A program made the translations under genes and the position numbers. From positions 1 to 64,000 of IMG/VR virus record IMGVR_UViG_3300025112_006940: 64,000 nucleotides of DNA, one strand, 5' to 3'. The notes below the pieces were generated by a model. That model made no database searches. It saw nothing but the letters and a program-made list of their open reading frames with translations, and was not told the DNA's origin. Positions 48,785 to 59,391 of the stretch are shown here, one piece after another (within the stretch, counting starts at the first letter, position 1; the number at the start of each line of letters is the position of its first letter). This DNA is from a virus.

Positions 48785-48870
48785 TTTACCAGCAAAGCAA
48801 ATCTGTTAAAACAATATTATAGAGAATATTTATTTAAAATAAAAGTCTTTAATAGATTTGGAGGAAATGA

Positions 48871-49806
48871 ATGGCTTTAAAGAGTAGTGAATTAGTATTA
48901 TTAGGGCCACCAACAATTTTTGGTGGTGATGTTGCCGATAGAGCGACTAGCGGTGATTTTGAAGGAACATTTGCTTCTGAACAAGTTTTTACTGGTTGGA
49001 CGGCTGGCACTTCAATTTCTGGTTTATCAACAACTGACTTTCAAGCGGGAGCAAGTGCTCAAATTGTTGCATTTCCAAAATCTGGTGCAGCAGTAACCGC
49101 CGCTGAAGGTCATTCATTCGCGCAACAATTAGCAGGTTTAGATACAGATAATGATTATGGATTAACTGCCTATGTAAAAGTGACAGCGCCAACACATCCT
49201 GCTGGACCTGTATACGTAAGAGTAGGACCTAATTCTGGTGGTGATTCTTTTCAAGCTTCTGCAACTGCGGCTGGTGGAGCAACAGCAGATTATCAATTAA
49301 TAGAATTAACATGGTCAAATACTGCAGCAAGTCCTTGGGTATTTTTTGCAAGTGATGAAGATGGAACAACAGCGCAAATAGACAGCATCGTTATAAGATC
49401 AGCTTCAGCATCAACAATGGATGCAAATACAGCATCTCCAGGCTATTTGCTTTCAACTCCAAGTTGGACAATTACTGTGCCTAATGGAATTGATACTCCA
49501 GCTTCTGGTGTACCTTATAGAGTAGAAGTTAATAATGCAAATCCACATGATCCAAATAAAAAGGATCATTATGTTAATCCGCAAATGTATGCATTAAAAT
49601 CATTTAATAAGCAACAAGTTCAAGCTGCTGCATCTGCTTCTAATTTTGAATCAAGGTGGATTAATTTAGGCGATATGACTACATCTGCATATGTTGGTGT
49701 AGGAACTTATAGATATGTTAGAATTGTAAATGCTGGTGGATTTACTGGGGCATCATCTGCATTTGAAGGACATTTATGGACGCAACATAAAGCACCAATG
49801 ATATAA
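48871..49806 (+). CDS. putative virion structural protein (beta-rich, CBM-like)
   Basis: A/G/S/T-rich, GDFE..FTGW, IDSIVIR; strong RBS. Confidence 0.55.
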   Translation: MALKSSELVLLGPPTIFGGDVADRATSGDFEGTFASEQVFTGWTAGTSISGLSTTDFQAGASAQIVAFPKSGAAVTAAEGHSFAQQLAGLDTDNDYGLTAYVKVTAPTHPAGPVYVRVGPNSGGDSFQASATAAGGATADYQLIELTWSNTAASPWVFFASDEDGTTAQIDSIVIRSASASTMDANTASPGYLLSTPSWTITVPNGIDTPASGVPYRVEVNNANPHDPNKKDHYVNPQMYALKSFNKQQVQAAASASNFESRWINLGDMTTSAYVGVGTYRYVRIVNAGGFTGASSAFEGHLWTQHKAPMI

Positions 49807-49816
49807 GGGGGGAATA

Positions 49817-50062
49817 ATGAAAATTAAAAAATCAGAAATTAAAGAGCTTGTAAAAGAAGTATTGGAAGAAGAAGGCGGCGGCAATACTGATGAACTTCGT
49901 AAAAAATATAAAAATAAATTAAGATTAGCCTTACGTTCTACAGATCAATTGTTTAGACTATGGGCATATGCAGAAGACGAAGATAAAATTGGTAAATGGT
50001 CTCATTTACTAACTAATCTTGATAGAGGTTGGTATAAAATATTTGGTGATAACTTAAGATAG
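49817..50062 (+). CDS. hypothetical protein with MKIKKSEIKELVKEVLEE leader
   Basis: leader shared with 51707. Confidence 0.7.
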   Translation: MKIKKSEIKELVKEVLEEEGGGNTDELRKKYKNKLRLALRSTDQLFRLWAYAEDEDKIGKWSHLLTNLDRGWYKIFGDNLR

Positions 50063-50070
50063 GAGGCTTA

Positions 50071-50415
50071 ATGCCTGAAGAAGAATCAGAATTATATAAT
50101 CCATCTAAACATGTTGGAAGGCATCCTGAAACAGGAATACCTTTAGTAAGGGCAAGACATAAATACAAAAAACCAAAAAGTGCTAGAGGAAAAGATTTAA
50201 AAAATGAAGGTTATAAACCTTTGAATCCTTGGTTTTGCCCAATGAAAGATCCTGATACAAAGGAAGTTTGTGGTAAAATGATGTCTAATTGGGATGATAT
50301 GTTTTACAATTCATATGGAATGTGTCAAGATTGTGCCCAAAAGTATAATCCACATTTATTTGGAAATTTAAAGGATGTTCCAAAGGTTGAAGTTGTGGGG
50401 CCTAAGGAAGTTTAA
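50071..50415 (+). CDS. hypothetical zinc-binding protein
   Basis: FCP..CGK..GMCQDC; AGGAGG RBS. Confidence 0.7.
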   Translation: MPEEESELYNPSKHVGRHPETGIPLVRARHKYKKPKSARGKDLKNEGYKPLNPWFCPMKDPDTKEVCGKMMSNWDDMFYNSYGMCQDCAQKYNPHLFGNLKDVPKVEVVGPKEV

Positions 50416-50430
50416 AATAGAGAAAAGATA

Positions 50431-50665
50431 ATGAAAATAAAAAATTTAGCTGAAGCAGAAAGTAGAGTATATAATGCTGTTGTTCATGCAACAGGCCAAA
50501 GCTCAAGCCCAGAAACAAGGGAAATAACAAGCTATTAAGGAACGTGTTTCTAAAAGCAAAAATGTTCTTTCTGCACTTACTTATATAATTAAAAAATATT
50601 CTCGAAATGAAAGAATGTTTTCAAGTTTAGCTTATGCAGTATTAACTGCATTTTCAGAAAAATAA
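50431..50665 (+). pseudogene. frameshifted leader-family gene
   Basis: MKIKNLAEAE..; coding-like frame resumes near 50528. Confidence 0.45.
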
Positions 50666-50729
50666 TTTCATGTATTAAAAATGCAATAATTTTTATTATA
50701 ATATTTTGTAAGTAGCAAAGGGGAATAAA

Positions 50730-50981
50730 ATGAAATTAAAAGAGGCCGCATATACAGAAAAAGAAATGTTGGCGATAGCTAGAAGTGAAAGTAAAGGCGG
50801 AAAAACTCTCAAAATAAAAAATACTTTTGCTACTGAAGATGATGATGAAGGAATGCCATCAGTAGTAGATTCAAATACTGGAGAAATTGTTTTTATAGAA
50901 GATGATCCGTTTTTTCGTAGGCAATTTCCATCAATAAAAACTGCCAAACAATTCATAAGTAATGTTAGAAAGAAAAGATAA
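50730..50981 (+). CDS. hypothetical protein with MKLKE leader
   Basis: ORF track. Confidence 0.7.
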   Translation: MKLKEAAYTEKEMLAIARSESKGGKTLKIKNTFATEDDDEGMPSVVDSNTGEIVFIEDDPFFRRQFPSIKTAKQFISNVRKKR

Positions 50982-51003
50982 GAGGATTAATTGGAGATAA
51001 CAA

Positions 51004-51390
51004 ATGAGTGAAGTTTATCAAACTTCTCCTAATAGAGTTGAGGATCATAGAGTTCATAATGCTATTGAATGTTTAGCTAATTTTGTTGAAATGATTCCAG
51101 AAGTTCATATTGGGTTTGAAGATGGAATATTCTTTTTAGATACACAAAGATATGGCGCTGTTAATGATTTAAGTATTCATGCTGATTTACAAAATGAATT
51201 AGATTTAACTGCTAAAAATGCAGAAAAATATCTTAAGGATGATGGATTTTCAGGTGTTAAGGTTACACCTGTTAGTTTTGAAGTAACACCAATGGGTTGG
51301 GGCTCAGGAGTTCATAATTCTACTGGCACGGCTGGAAGACAACTTCTTTATACTGCTCGTGGAACATATGAATTTACGGCCAATCCATAA
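51004..51390 (+). CDS. hypothetical protein
   Basis: GGAG RBS. Confidence 0.7.
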   Translation: MSEVYQTSPNRVEDHRVHNAIECLANFVEMIPEVHIGFEDGIFFLDTQRYGAVNDLSIHADLQNELDLTAKNAEKYLKDDGFSGVKVTPVSFEVTPMGWGSGVHNSTGTAGRQLLYTARGTYEFTANP

Positions 51391-51402
51391 CAGAGATAAG
51401 AA

Positions 51403-51705
51403 ATGGATAAGCTATTATTAAATGCTATAGCAATGATGTTTAAAATATTAAGAATTCCAGGAAAAGAATATTTGATCAATCAGATCTATCAAAAAATTCA
51501 TCCTATTATTAGTCCATTATTAGAGAACAAAGGAATGAAGTTAAAAGAAGCTATAACAATTGATGTTAAGATTGGTGATACAATTCTTACAGGAAAATTC
51601 AAAAATAAAAAAACAGTAATAAAGTCAATAACAAAAGATGAGCATGGAATGCCAGTTATCAATGACAGGAAAGCTACTACATTTAGAATTTTTAAAGAGA
51701 AATAG
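51403..51705 (+). CDS. hypothetical protein (internal MKLKEA + small beta domain)
   Basis: DVKIGDTILTGKFKNKK..KDEHGMPVIN. Confidence 0.7.
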   Translation: MDKLLLNAIAMMFKILRIPGKEYLINQIYQKIHPIISPLLENKGMKLKEAITIDVKIGDTILTGKFKNKKTVIKSITKDEHGMPVINDRKATTFRIFKEK

Positions 51706-51706
51706 C

Positions 51707-51946
51707 ATGAAGATTAAAAAATCAGATATCAAAAATATCATAAGAGAGGTATTGGAAGAAGAAGAAGCTGAAGAATGGGGTGTATATAGTAGAGGTGGCT
51801 CTGTTGGCAGCAAAAATGATGGTTCACCAATAGCAACAGGCACAAAAGAAGATATGAAAGCAAAAGCAAGAAGAATGACAAAATCATTAAGTCCAGGTGA
51901 ACGCAAATATTATAAAATGGGTTATTCTGCTAGAATAGTTAAATAG
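51707..51946 (+). CDS. hypothetical protein with MKIKKSDIKNIIREVLEE leader
   Basis: start re-assigned by similarity to 49817. Confidence 0.7.
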   Translation: MKIKKSDIKNIIREVLEEEEAEEWGVYSRGGSVGSKNDGSPIATGTKEDMKAKARRMTKSLSPGERKYYKMGYSARIVK

Positions 51947-51966
51947 GAAAATTTTGCTCTTTAATT

Positions 51967-52001
51967 TTGACTTTTCGTGGAAAATACTTCCGGATCTAAA
52001 T
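51967..52001 (+). repeat. 35-bp dispersed repeat, copy B
   Basis: TTGACTTTTCGTGGAAAATACTTCCGGATCTAAAT. Confidence 0.85.
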
Positions 52002-52085
52002 TGAGAAATGAATATGAAATTAAATGAAGCTGTAAATGTTAAATAGTAGTTAAAAAATTGTCTTGAAAATTGAATGGAGGCGTAG

Positions 52086-53438
52086 TTGGATTTATCAGTA
52101 GAAAACGTAGAAAGAAATTTGCAATATAATAATGCTTCAGAACGAGATATTATAAAGCAATTTTTTACAAACCCACAAGAAATAGATAGAAAAAAGAAAA
52201 CATTTGTATTTAGCACACCATCAGAAACTGGCACAAGTTTTTTTAGATTATTTGAGCCAATGAGAGTGATGTGGAAGCATTTCAGAGATGAAGCTAATTT
52301 TGTGTATACAGAAGGTATTCAGCCAAATCATTTAAAATTAGCAGATGGTATTATAATGCATAGGGCTGGTAATTTACATTCACACTTTTTATCAGCTGTT
52401 GAAATGTGGCCAAAGACAGAAGTTAAACCTTTCATTATTCATGATGTTGATGATAATGAGTTCAATCTCCCTAGGGCTCATCCAATGAGGGATATTTGGT
52501 ATATTTCTGGCAAAGATAAAATGTCAATACAATCGTTAAAACAATCTGATCTTATAATGACAACAACAGAAAAGCTTAAAAAAACATTTAAGCCAATGAA
52601 TAAAAAGGGTAATGTTCATATATTCAGAAATGCATTTGATTGGGAATTACCACAATGGAATCTTGATAAAAATGAAGTAAGAAAGGAAATGATTCCAGAG
52701 TGGGGAGAAGATAAAATTGTAATTGGGTGGGCTGGTTTAACATCTCATTATGAAGATATAAAAAGAATGCATGCCGTACTTAAAAAAATACATGATAAAT
52801 ATCCTGAGACTGTTTTTATATTAGCTGGAATGGCCTTGAAAGATTCATCAATTGAAATTAGATATGATGATGATGGTAAGCCATTATTTAAAGAGCAAGA
52901 AATTGAAGATGAAAGCATGCTCTATAAAAATAGAGTAAAATCATTATACGCAGATTTTGATGAAAGCAGATTGAAAATTTTTGATGCTAAACCATTAGAA
53001 GAATATGGAAAGTTTTATGCATTATTCGATATATCATTAGCATATATTGAACGTAATGCATTCAATTCATGTAAGTCAGAAATTAAAGTAATTGAAAGTT
53101 TACATTATGATGCCCCAACAGTTTTTAGTAATTATGGTGGATATAAGGATTTTTGGGATTCAGTGCCTGGAAATATAAAGAAAAGTGAGTCTGGGAACAG
53201 GCTGCCATTTGCGATAGATTCAATGATGCCAAAAAAATGGATTGAGGCCTTATCCTTTTGGGTAGATGCAATAAAAACAAATAGCCCAGACTTAAAAAAA
53301 GTAAAAGAGCTTGCTGAATTTTCAGATAACAAATATGATCTTAATCAAACTGCAGAAGAAAGGTTATTTTTCTTAATAGAAGAGTCAGAAAAACATGAAG
53401 AAAATGAAATTAATAAAATAGCTAGAAATTATAAATAG
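52086..53438 (+). CDS. GT-B glycosyltransferase
   Basis: HDVDD, IGWAGLTSHYED, FNSCKSEIKVIE. Confidence 0.82.
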   Translation: MDLSVENVERNLQYNNASERDIIKQFFTNPQEIDRKKKTFVFSTPSETGTSFFRLFEPMRVMWKHFRDEANFVYTEGIQPNHLKLADGIIMHRAGNLHSHFLSAVEMWPKTEVKPFIIHDVDDNEFNLPRAHPMRDIWYISGKDKMSIQSLKQSDLIMTTTEKLKKTFKPMNKKGNVHIFRNAFDWELPQWNLDKNEVRKEMIPEWGEDKIVIGWAGLTSHYEDIKRMHAVLKKIHDKYPETVFILAGMALKDSSIEIRYDDDGKPLFKEQEIEDESMLYKNRVKSLYADFDESRLKIFDAKPLEEYGKFYALFDISLAYIERNAFNSCKSEIKVIESLHYDAPTVFSNYGGYKDFWDSVPGNIKKSESGNRLPFAIDSMMPKKWIEALSFWVDAIKTNSPDLKKVKELAEFSDNKYDLNQTAEERLFFLIEESEKHEENEINKIARNYK

Positions 53439-53450
53439 GAGAATTTCATA

Positions 53451-53741
53451 ATGGCTTCATTGAGAGTTTGGGGAGATGATTATAACATAAGAGAAGAAGG
53501 TATTTTTGCTAAGTTTCCAGCAAATCAAAAATATCAACTTTTAGATCTTGGTGTTAATGAAACTATTGTTGTTTTACCATTTAACATAGGCTTTCAAAAT
53601 GAAAATTATTTATTTGAAGTTTTTGGTGATGTAGTTAGCAACTCATTTTTAAAAAATGTATATTACATAGCAGTTGGTCATAGAAATGATAGTGAAATAA
53701 TTGGTATAATTGAACAATTATCGGAGAAGTCGTTTGAATAA
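53451..53741 (+). CDS. hypothetical protein
   Basis: AGGAG RBS. Confidence 0.65.
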   Translation: MASLRVWGDDYNIREEGIFAKFPANQKYQLLDLGVNETIVVLPFNIGFQNENYLFEVFGDVVSNSFLKNVYYIAVGHRNDSEIIGIIEQLSEKSFE

Positions 53742-54045
53742 AAATGCATTAAAGGAAGTAATAAAAGATATTGTTAATTCCTATTTAAATGAAATAGATG
53801 TTATTGAAGAAGCTAAGCGAAGAAAAGTAGTTGTAAGAGGGGGTAAAAGAAAAAGAAAATTAACTTCTGATCCTGGACAAAAAATTGTTGGCGGCAAAGC
53901 AGTTAGAATGGGATCTGCTGAAAGAGTTAAACGTAAAAGAGGTGCTAGAAAAGCTGCATTCAAAAGAAAGCCAAAGGCTGCAAGAATTCAAAAGAAAAGA
54001 AAAAAATCAATGAAAAAAAGACATACATTTGGTTTAGATAGGTAA
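53734..54045 (+). CDS. prohead core protein (T4 gp68-like)
   Basis: acidic leader then KVVVRGGK..ARKAAFKRK..KRKKSMKKR..FGL basic tail. Confidence 0.65.
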   Translation: MNKNALKEVIKDIVNSYLNEIDVIEEAKRRKVVVRGGKRKRKLTSDPGQKIVGGKAVRMGSAERVKRKRGARKAAFKRKPKAARIQKKRKKSMKKRHTFGLDR

Positions 54046-54051
54046 ATAAAA

Positions 54052-54207
54052 ATGATACTTTGTAAAGTTTGTAAGGGTGAAAAAATATTAAGAGATGGCA
54101 TGAATAACTTTAGATCTTGTCCTGTTTGTAAAGGCAAGGGTTCAATCAGTGAAGTTGATAATGAAAATATTCAATCTTACGCAAAAAAACAATTGCTTAA
54201 AGGTTAA
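54052..54207 (+). CDS. small DnaJ-type zinc-finger protein
   Basis: CKVCKG...CPVCKGKG. Confidence 0.65.
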   Translation: MILCKVCKGEKILRDGMNNFRSCPVCKGKGSISEVDNENIQSYAKKQLLKG

Positions 54208-54244
54208 TTAAGTTATAACATTTATTAATAAACAAAGTAAATGC

Positions 54245-54336
54245 GGAGGGGCTGGCCATTGGTGAGGTCGGGCAGATTGCTAATCTGTTAGTCATAGAAA
54301 TATGGCTTGTGAGTTCGAATCTCACCCCCTCCGCCA
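54245..54336 (+). tRNA. tRNA-Ser(GCT)
   Basis: GCAGA-TTGCTAA-TCTGT, long V arm, G73, CCA. Confidence 0.92.
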
Positions 54337-54391
54337 TTTTTTTTATATAGTCAAGTCAAGTTTTAATTACACAAAAAGAAAGGAGACATAC

Positions 54392-56374
54392 ATGAATTTA
54401 AATAAGCTTTCTAATCTTGAGAAGGAAAGATATGATCAAGAACATTGGGAAGGTTCATTTGAACAATATTCAAATAAGTTAAAAAAAAATCCTGGCATTT
54501 GTAGAAATGCTTTTGCAAGATTACATGATGCTATTTTGTATCATGGATCAAAAGAATATGTTCATCTTAAAGAAAAAATTGTTCATTATAATTTCTTTGA
54601 TGATCCATTTGATAATGGCCTTGATGCTATTGAAGGTTTAGATGAATCATTAATGACATTAGTAAGATTGTTAGAATCTGCAGCTAAAGGTTATGGCCCA
54701 GATAAAAGAATCATTTTGCTACATGGCCCAGTTGGTTCTTCAAAATCTACTATTGCAAGATTGCTTAAAAAAGGTTTAGAGTTTTATACAAAACTTCCTG
54801 AAGGTGAAATTTATACTCATGAATGGCATATTAATGATGAAGTTATTGAATGCCCAATGCATGAAGAACCATTTAAAATTATTCCTATTAAGTACAGAAA
54901 AGAACTTGGTATTTCAAATGTTGAAGGTAATTTATGTCCATTATGTAGACTTCATTATAAAGACTTAATGAATAAATATGACGGTGATCTTAATAAAGTT
55001 CTAGAACATGTTAAAGTAAAAAGATTTACATTTTCAGAAGATGATCGTCTTGGAGTTACAACATTTCAACCTAAGGATGAAAAGAATCAAGATTCAACAG
55101 AATTGACTGGTGATATTGATTATAGAAAAATTGCTGAATACGGAAAAGATTCAGATCCAAGAGCATTCAATTTTGATGGTGAACTTAATTGTGCTAATCG
55201 TGGCCTTATTGAAATGATTGAAATTTTGAAGCTTGATACAGCTTTCTTATATGATTTATTGACAGCATCTCAAGAACATAAAATTAAACCTAAAAAATTC
55301 GCACATGTAGATATTGATGAGGTTATTATTGGTCATACAAATGAACCTGAATTTCTTAAGCTTCAAAAAGATCCTATGCAAGAAGCATTACGAGATAGGA
55401 TTGTACGAGTAAATATTCCATACGTTCTTTCATTAGACGAAGAAATTAAAATTTATGAAAAAAGTTTTAGCAAAGATAAGGTTGATAAAGATATAGCCCC
55501 ACATACAATTGAAATTGCAGCTATTTGGGCAATTTTAACAAGGCTTGAAGCACCTGATGGTGGTCAACTTACATTGATGCAAAAAATGAAACTATATAAT
55601 GGAAAGAGATTACCTGGATTTAATGATGATAATATTAGAGAGCTTAAAGAAAAGGCTGAACGTGAAGGAATGGAAGGAATTTCTCCAAGATATGTTCAAG
55701 ATAGGCTTTCAAGCGCAATAGTAAATACTGAAAAATCTAATGTTAATCCATTCATGATTTTAAATGAACTTGATGATGGATTAGATTCATATTCTCTAGT
55801 AAGTTCTAAAGATGTAATAAAAGGATACAGAGATTTGTTAGAAGAAGTTAAGACAGAATATGAAGATATCATTAAAAACGAGGTTCAACGAGCAATTGCT
55901 GCTGATGATTCAACACTGGCTAGATTATGTGGAAACTATATTGATAATGTTAAAGCATATACAAGTGCTGAAAAGGTAAGAAACCCTATAACTGGAAAGG
56001 ATGATCCACCTGATGAAAGATTGATGAGATCTATCGAAGAAAAGATTGATATTCCAGAAGATAGAAAAGATGATTTTAGGCAGCAAATGATGAATTATAT
56101 TGGTGGTTTGGCAGTTGAAGGAAAAACCTTCGACTTTAAATCTAATGACCGTTTGCTCAAAGCTCTTGAGTTAAAATTATTTGATGATCAAAAAGATACA
56201 ATTAAACTTCATACAATTTCACATGGCGTTATGGATGATGATACTCAAGAAAAAATTGAAGTTGTAAAAAGCAGATTAATGAATGATTTTGGTTATGATG
56301 AACAATCTGCACAAGATATTTTAGAATATGTTGCTTCAATTTATGCAAGATCAGACGCCAAAGACGAGAATTAA
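54392..56374 (+). CDS. prkA: PrkA/YeaG family AAA+ serine kinase
   Basis: [45 protein letters not shown]; AAGGAG RBS at 54392. Confidence 0.95.
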   Translation: MNLNKLSNLEKERYDQEHWEGSFEQYSNKLKKNPGICRNAFARLHDAILYHGSKEYVHLKEKIVHYNFFDDPFDNGLDAIEGLDESLMTLVRLLESAAKGYGPDKRIILLHGPVGSSKSTIARLLKKGLEFYTKLPEGEIYTHEWHINDEVIECPMHEEPFKIIPIKYRKELGISNVEGNLCPLCRLHYKDLMNKYDGDLNKVLEHVKVKRFTFSEDDRLGVTTFQPKDEKNQDSTELTGDIDYRKIAEYGKDSDPRAFNFDGELNCANRGLIEMIEILKLDTAFLYDLLTASQEHKIKPKKFAHVDIDEVIIGHTNEPEFLKLQKDPMQEALRDRIVRVNIPYVLSLDEEIKIYEKSFSKDKVDKDIAPHTIEIAAIWAILTRLEAPDGGQLTLMQKMKLYNGKRLPGFNDDNIRELKEKAEREGMEGISPRYVQDRLSSAIVNTEKSNVNPFMILNELDDGLDSYSLVSSKDVIKGYRDLLEEVKTEYEDIIKNEVQRAIAADDSTLARLCGNYIDNVKAYTSAEKVRNPITGKDDPPDERLMRSIEEKIDIPEDRKDDFRQQMMNYIGGLAVEGKTFDFKSNDRLLKALELKLFDDQKDTIKLHTISHGVMDDDTQEKIEVVKSRLMNDFGYDEQSAQDILEYVASIYARSDAKDEN

Positions 56375-56378
56375 AAAT

Positions 56379-57470
56379 ATGGCAACTGTTAAAAGCGATA
56401 GGGCTAGATTTCAAGAGAAGCTTAAGTACAATGTTAAAAAAAATCTAAAAAATGTTATCAATGGTGAATTTCAATCTATCAAGGGGGGCAAGCTTATTAA
56501 GGTCCCCGTTGATTCAATTCATATGCCACGAATTAGATATGATACAGCTAACGAGGGTGGCGTTGGACGAGGAGATGGAGAAGCTGGTGATATAATAGGT
56601 ACTGAAAAAGGCGATGGATCTGACCAAGGTACTGAAGGTGGTAATCAAGCAGGAAGGCATTCTCATTATGCTGAATTAGATTTAGATGAATTAGCAGAAA
56701 TTTTAGGCGAAGAATTAGAATTACCTAAAATTTTACCAAAGGGGCATAGAACATTATTTGGTGAAAAAGACAAATATAATTCTATAGCTCAAAATGGTCC
56801 TGATTCACTGAAGCATAAAAAAAGGACATTGAAAAAGGCTATTCTTAGAGGTAGACCAAAACATATACCTTATAATAATGATTTTGAATATAAATCATTT
56901 ACAAGAAAACCTTCACCAATGAATAATGCTGTAATATTTTATATGCAAGATGTATCTTCTTCAATGAGTAGAGATCAACTAGAAATAGTTAGAATAGTGT
57001 GTTTTTGGATAGAAACTTGGCTTAAAAAACAATATGATAATGTAGATCAAAGATATATTTTGCATGATACAATTGCTGGAGAAGTAACAAGAGATGATTT
57101 TTATAGATATGATCCAAGTGGTGGCACATCTATTTCAACTGCATTTAACAAAATGAATGAAATAATAAAGAAGTCTTATCCAGTTGATGATTGGAATATT
57201 TATCCATTTTATTTTGGCGATGGAATGAATTGGACGCAAGATACAAAAACAGCTATAGATATTATAAAAAACGATTTGCTGCCTATTTCTAATCAATTAA
57301 GCATAGGTATGATAGAACCTGATTGGATGGGAATGGGTTCATTTGGTAAAGATTTGCTAGATTCATTAAATGGAACTGATGATTTGATAGATAAGGTTGT
57401 AATTGATACAATTAAAAATAGAGATGATTGTTTTAACGCTATTAAGACTTTCTTATCTAAAGGAAATTAA
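56379..57470 (+). CDS. yeaH: YeaH/YhbH (DUF444) vWA protein
   Basis: LGEELELP, AVIFYMQDVSSSM, SGGTSIS, WNIYPFYFGDGMNW. Confidence 0.92.
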   Translation: MATVKSDRARFQEKLKYNVKKNLKNVINGEFQSIKGGKLIKVPVDSIHMPRIRYDTANEGGVGRGDGEAGDIIGTEKGDGSDQGTEGGNQAGRHSHYAELDLDELAEILGEELELPKILPKGHRTLFGEKDKYNSIAQNGPDSLKHKKRTLKKAILRGRPKHIPYNNDFEYKSFTRKPSPMNNAVIFYMQDVSSSMSRDQLEIVRIVCFWIETWLKKQYDNVDQRYILHDTIAGEVTRDDFYRYDPSGGTSISTAFNKMNEIIKKSYPVDDWNIYPFYFGDGMNWTQDTKTAIDIIKNDLLPISNQLSIGMIEPDWMGMGSFGKDLLDSLNGTDDLIDKVVIDTIKNRDDCFNAIKTFLSKGN

Positions 57471-57473
57471 CAA

Positions 57474-59057
57474 ATGAAAGATAAATTCAATTTAGTTAAA
57501 AGTTTTCCTGCTGAGCTAAAAGAATGGAAATACAAAATTGAAAAAATTGCAGAAGAAGAGGGATTAACATATTTTGATATAATTTTTGAAATGGTAGATT
57601 GGGATGCATTATATCAAATTGCTGCAAGAGGAGGTTTTCCCGAAAGATTTCCACATTGGACATTTGGGCAAGAATATGACCATATGTATAAGCAACATAA
57701 ATTTGGTGTAATGAGAATCTCAGAAATGGTTATTAATACAGATCCAGTTTATGCATATTTAATGACCAGCAATGATTTGATAGATCAGAAAATGGTTATT
57801 GCACATGTATATGGTCATGCTGATTTTTTCAAAAATAATATGTGGTTTAATAAGACAGATAGAAAAATGCTAAGTACTATGGGAAATCATTCAAAAATTA
57901 TCAAAAGGTATATTGATAAATATGGCGCACAAGAAGTTGAAGATTTTATTGATATATGCTTTAGTATTGATACATTAATTGATAGGCATTCTATATTCAT
58001 AAATAGGGATTTGAATGAAAAAGATGGAAAAATAATTGATAATAAAAAAGAAGATGGCGATGATGATGGTGCCTTAATTTTTGATGTAGATCCTGAAAGA
58101 TTTTATATGAATGATTTTCTTAATCCTACAAAAAAATTAGATAAGGAAAGGGAAGATCATAAAAAGAAAATTAAAGAAGAAGAGGAATCAGATAAGGATT
58201 TACCTGAAAAAGATTTGCTTAAATTTCTTATAAAAAGGGCTCCATTAAAACCATGGCAAAAACATATCTTATCATTGATTAGAGAGGAAGCTTATTATTT
58301 TGCACCTCAAGGCATGACTAAAATAATGAATGAAGGATGGGCATCTTATTGGCATTCACATATTTTATCTAAAAGACAAATTTGTGATGATTCTGAAATA
58401 GTTCAATTTGCTACTCATCATGCTGGAACAATGGGTAGTTCTGGAAATCTTAATCCGTATAAACTTGGCTTGGAAATATTTTTAGATATTGAAGAGCGTT
58501 GGAATAAAGGTAGATTTGGAAAAGAATGGGAAGAATGTGATGATTTAGATACAAAGGAAAATTGGGATAAAGAACTTGGTTTAGGCAGAGAAAAAATATT
58601 TGAAGTAAGAAAATTGTATAGTGATATTGGTTTTATAGATGAATTTTTTACAAAAGAATTATGCGAAAAATTGAAGCTATTTAATTATGATAAAAGAGAA
58701 GTTTCAGAATATGGTAATAGCAAGTCAGATAAAATTTTAGTTTTAACTGATAGGGAATTTGATAAAATAAAGCAGCGATTATTATTTAGTTTATCAAATC
58801 ATGGTTTGCCAGCATTATCTATTACGAATGCAGATGCAGAAGGAAGAGGAATGTTATTACTTGAACATTCAACTGATACTGACTATATTTTTAATGTAGA
58901 TGATGCTAAATTAGTTTGTAAGAATATTAGAAGGCTTTGGAAAAAGCCGGTTAAAATAGAATTGGTTAATTCAAAAGAAAAGTATATTTATAATAATTCT
59001 GGCGGTGATACAGCTATGACTACTGGATCATTGAGTAATAGTTCTATTGTTCCATAG
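57474..59057 (+). CDS. spoVR: SpoVR/YcgB family protein
   Basis: PHWTFG, EMVINTDP, AHVYGHADFFKNN, TKIMNEGWASYWH, NPYKLG. Confidence 0.95.
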   Translation: MKDKFNLVKSFPAELKEWKYKIEKIAEEEGLTYFDIIFEMVDWDALYQIAARGGFPERFPHWTFGQEYDHMYKQHKFGVMRISEMVINTDPVYAYLMTSNDLIDQKMVIAHVYGHADFFKNNMWFNKTDRKMLSTMGNHSKIIKRYIDKYGAQEVEDFIDICFSIDTLIDRHSIFINRDLNEKDGKIIDNKKEDGDDDGALIFDVDPERFYMNDFLNPTKKLDKEREDHKKKIKEEEESDKDLPEKDLLKFLIKRAPLKPWQKHILSLIREEAYYFAPQGMTKIMNEGWASYWHSHILSKRQICDDSEIVQFATHHAGTMGSSGNLNPYKLGLEIFLDIEERWNKGRFGKEWEECDDLDTKENWDKELGLGREKIFEVRKLYSDIGFIDEFFTKELCEKLKLFNYDKREVSEYGNSKSDKILVLTDREFDKIKQRLLFSLSNHGLPALSITNADAEGRGMLLLEHSTDTDYIFNVDDAKLVCKNIRRLWKKPVKIELVNSKEKYIYNNSGGDTAMTTGSLSNSSIVP

Positions 59058-59070
59058 GATAATTTTAAAT

Positions 59071-59383
59071 GGGCCTGAAATGGATTCGACTACTGATGGT
59101 GTATAAAGAAGTGCATTCGAACAAAAAAGTAACTGACGAAACATACGCACTCGCTGCATAGACAGCGCGGGATATTAATCATACTCCGATAAGATTAAAA
59201 ATTATCTCGATAACGTATCGGAATATAGTAGATTCAAACATTGATTTGTAACATGTTAAATCAAATATGTTCTGTGGTTTGTCTATTGACTAAGAACATA
59301 AAATCTAAATAGGCCATGAATGTGGAAGACTTTTTTATATAGCTCGAGTAGGACGTGACTTTCGATGGTCACCAGGTCCACCA
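59071..59383 (+). ncRNA. ssrA: tmRNA
   Basis: GGGCCTGA..GGATTCGAC 5' end, G3:U70 acceptor, ACCA end, tag frame DETYALAA* at 59135-59161. Confidence 0.93.
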
Positions 59384-59391
59384 TTTTTTAG

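Noticed and set aside
54302-54391. N-terminal extension of PrkA
   Set aside because: Overlaps tRNA-Ser; the RBS supports ATG 54392.
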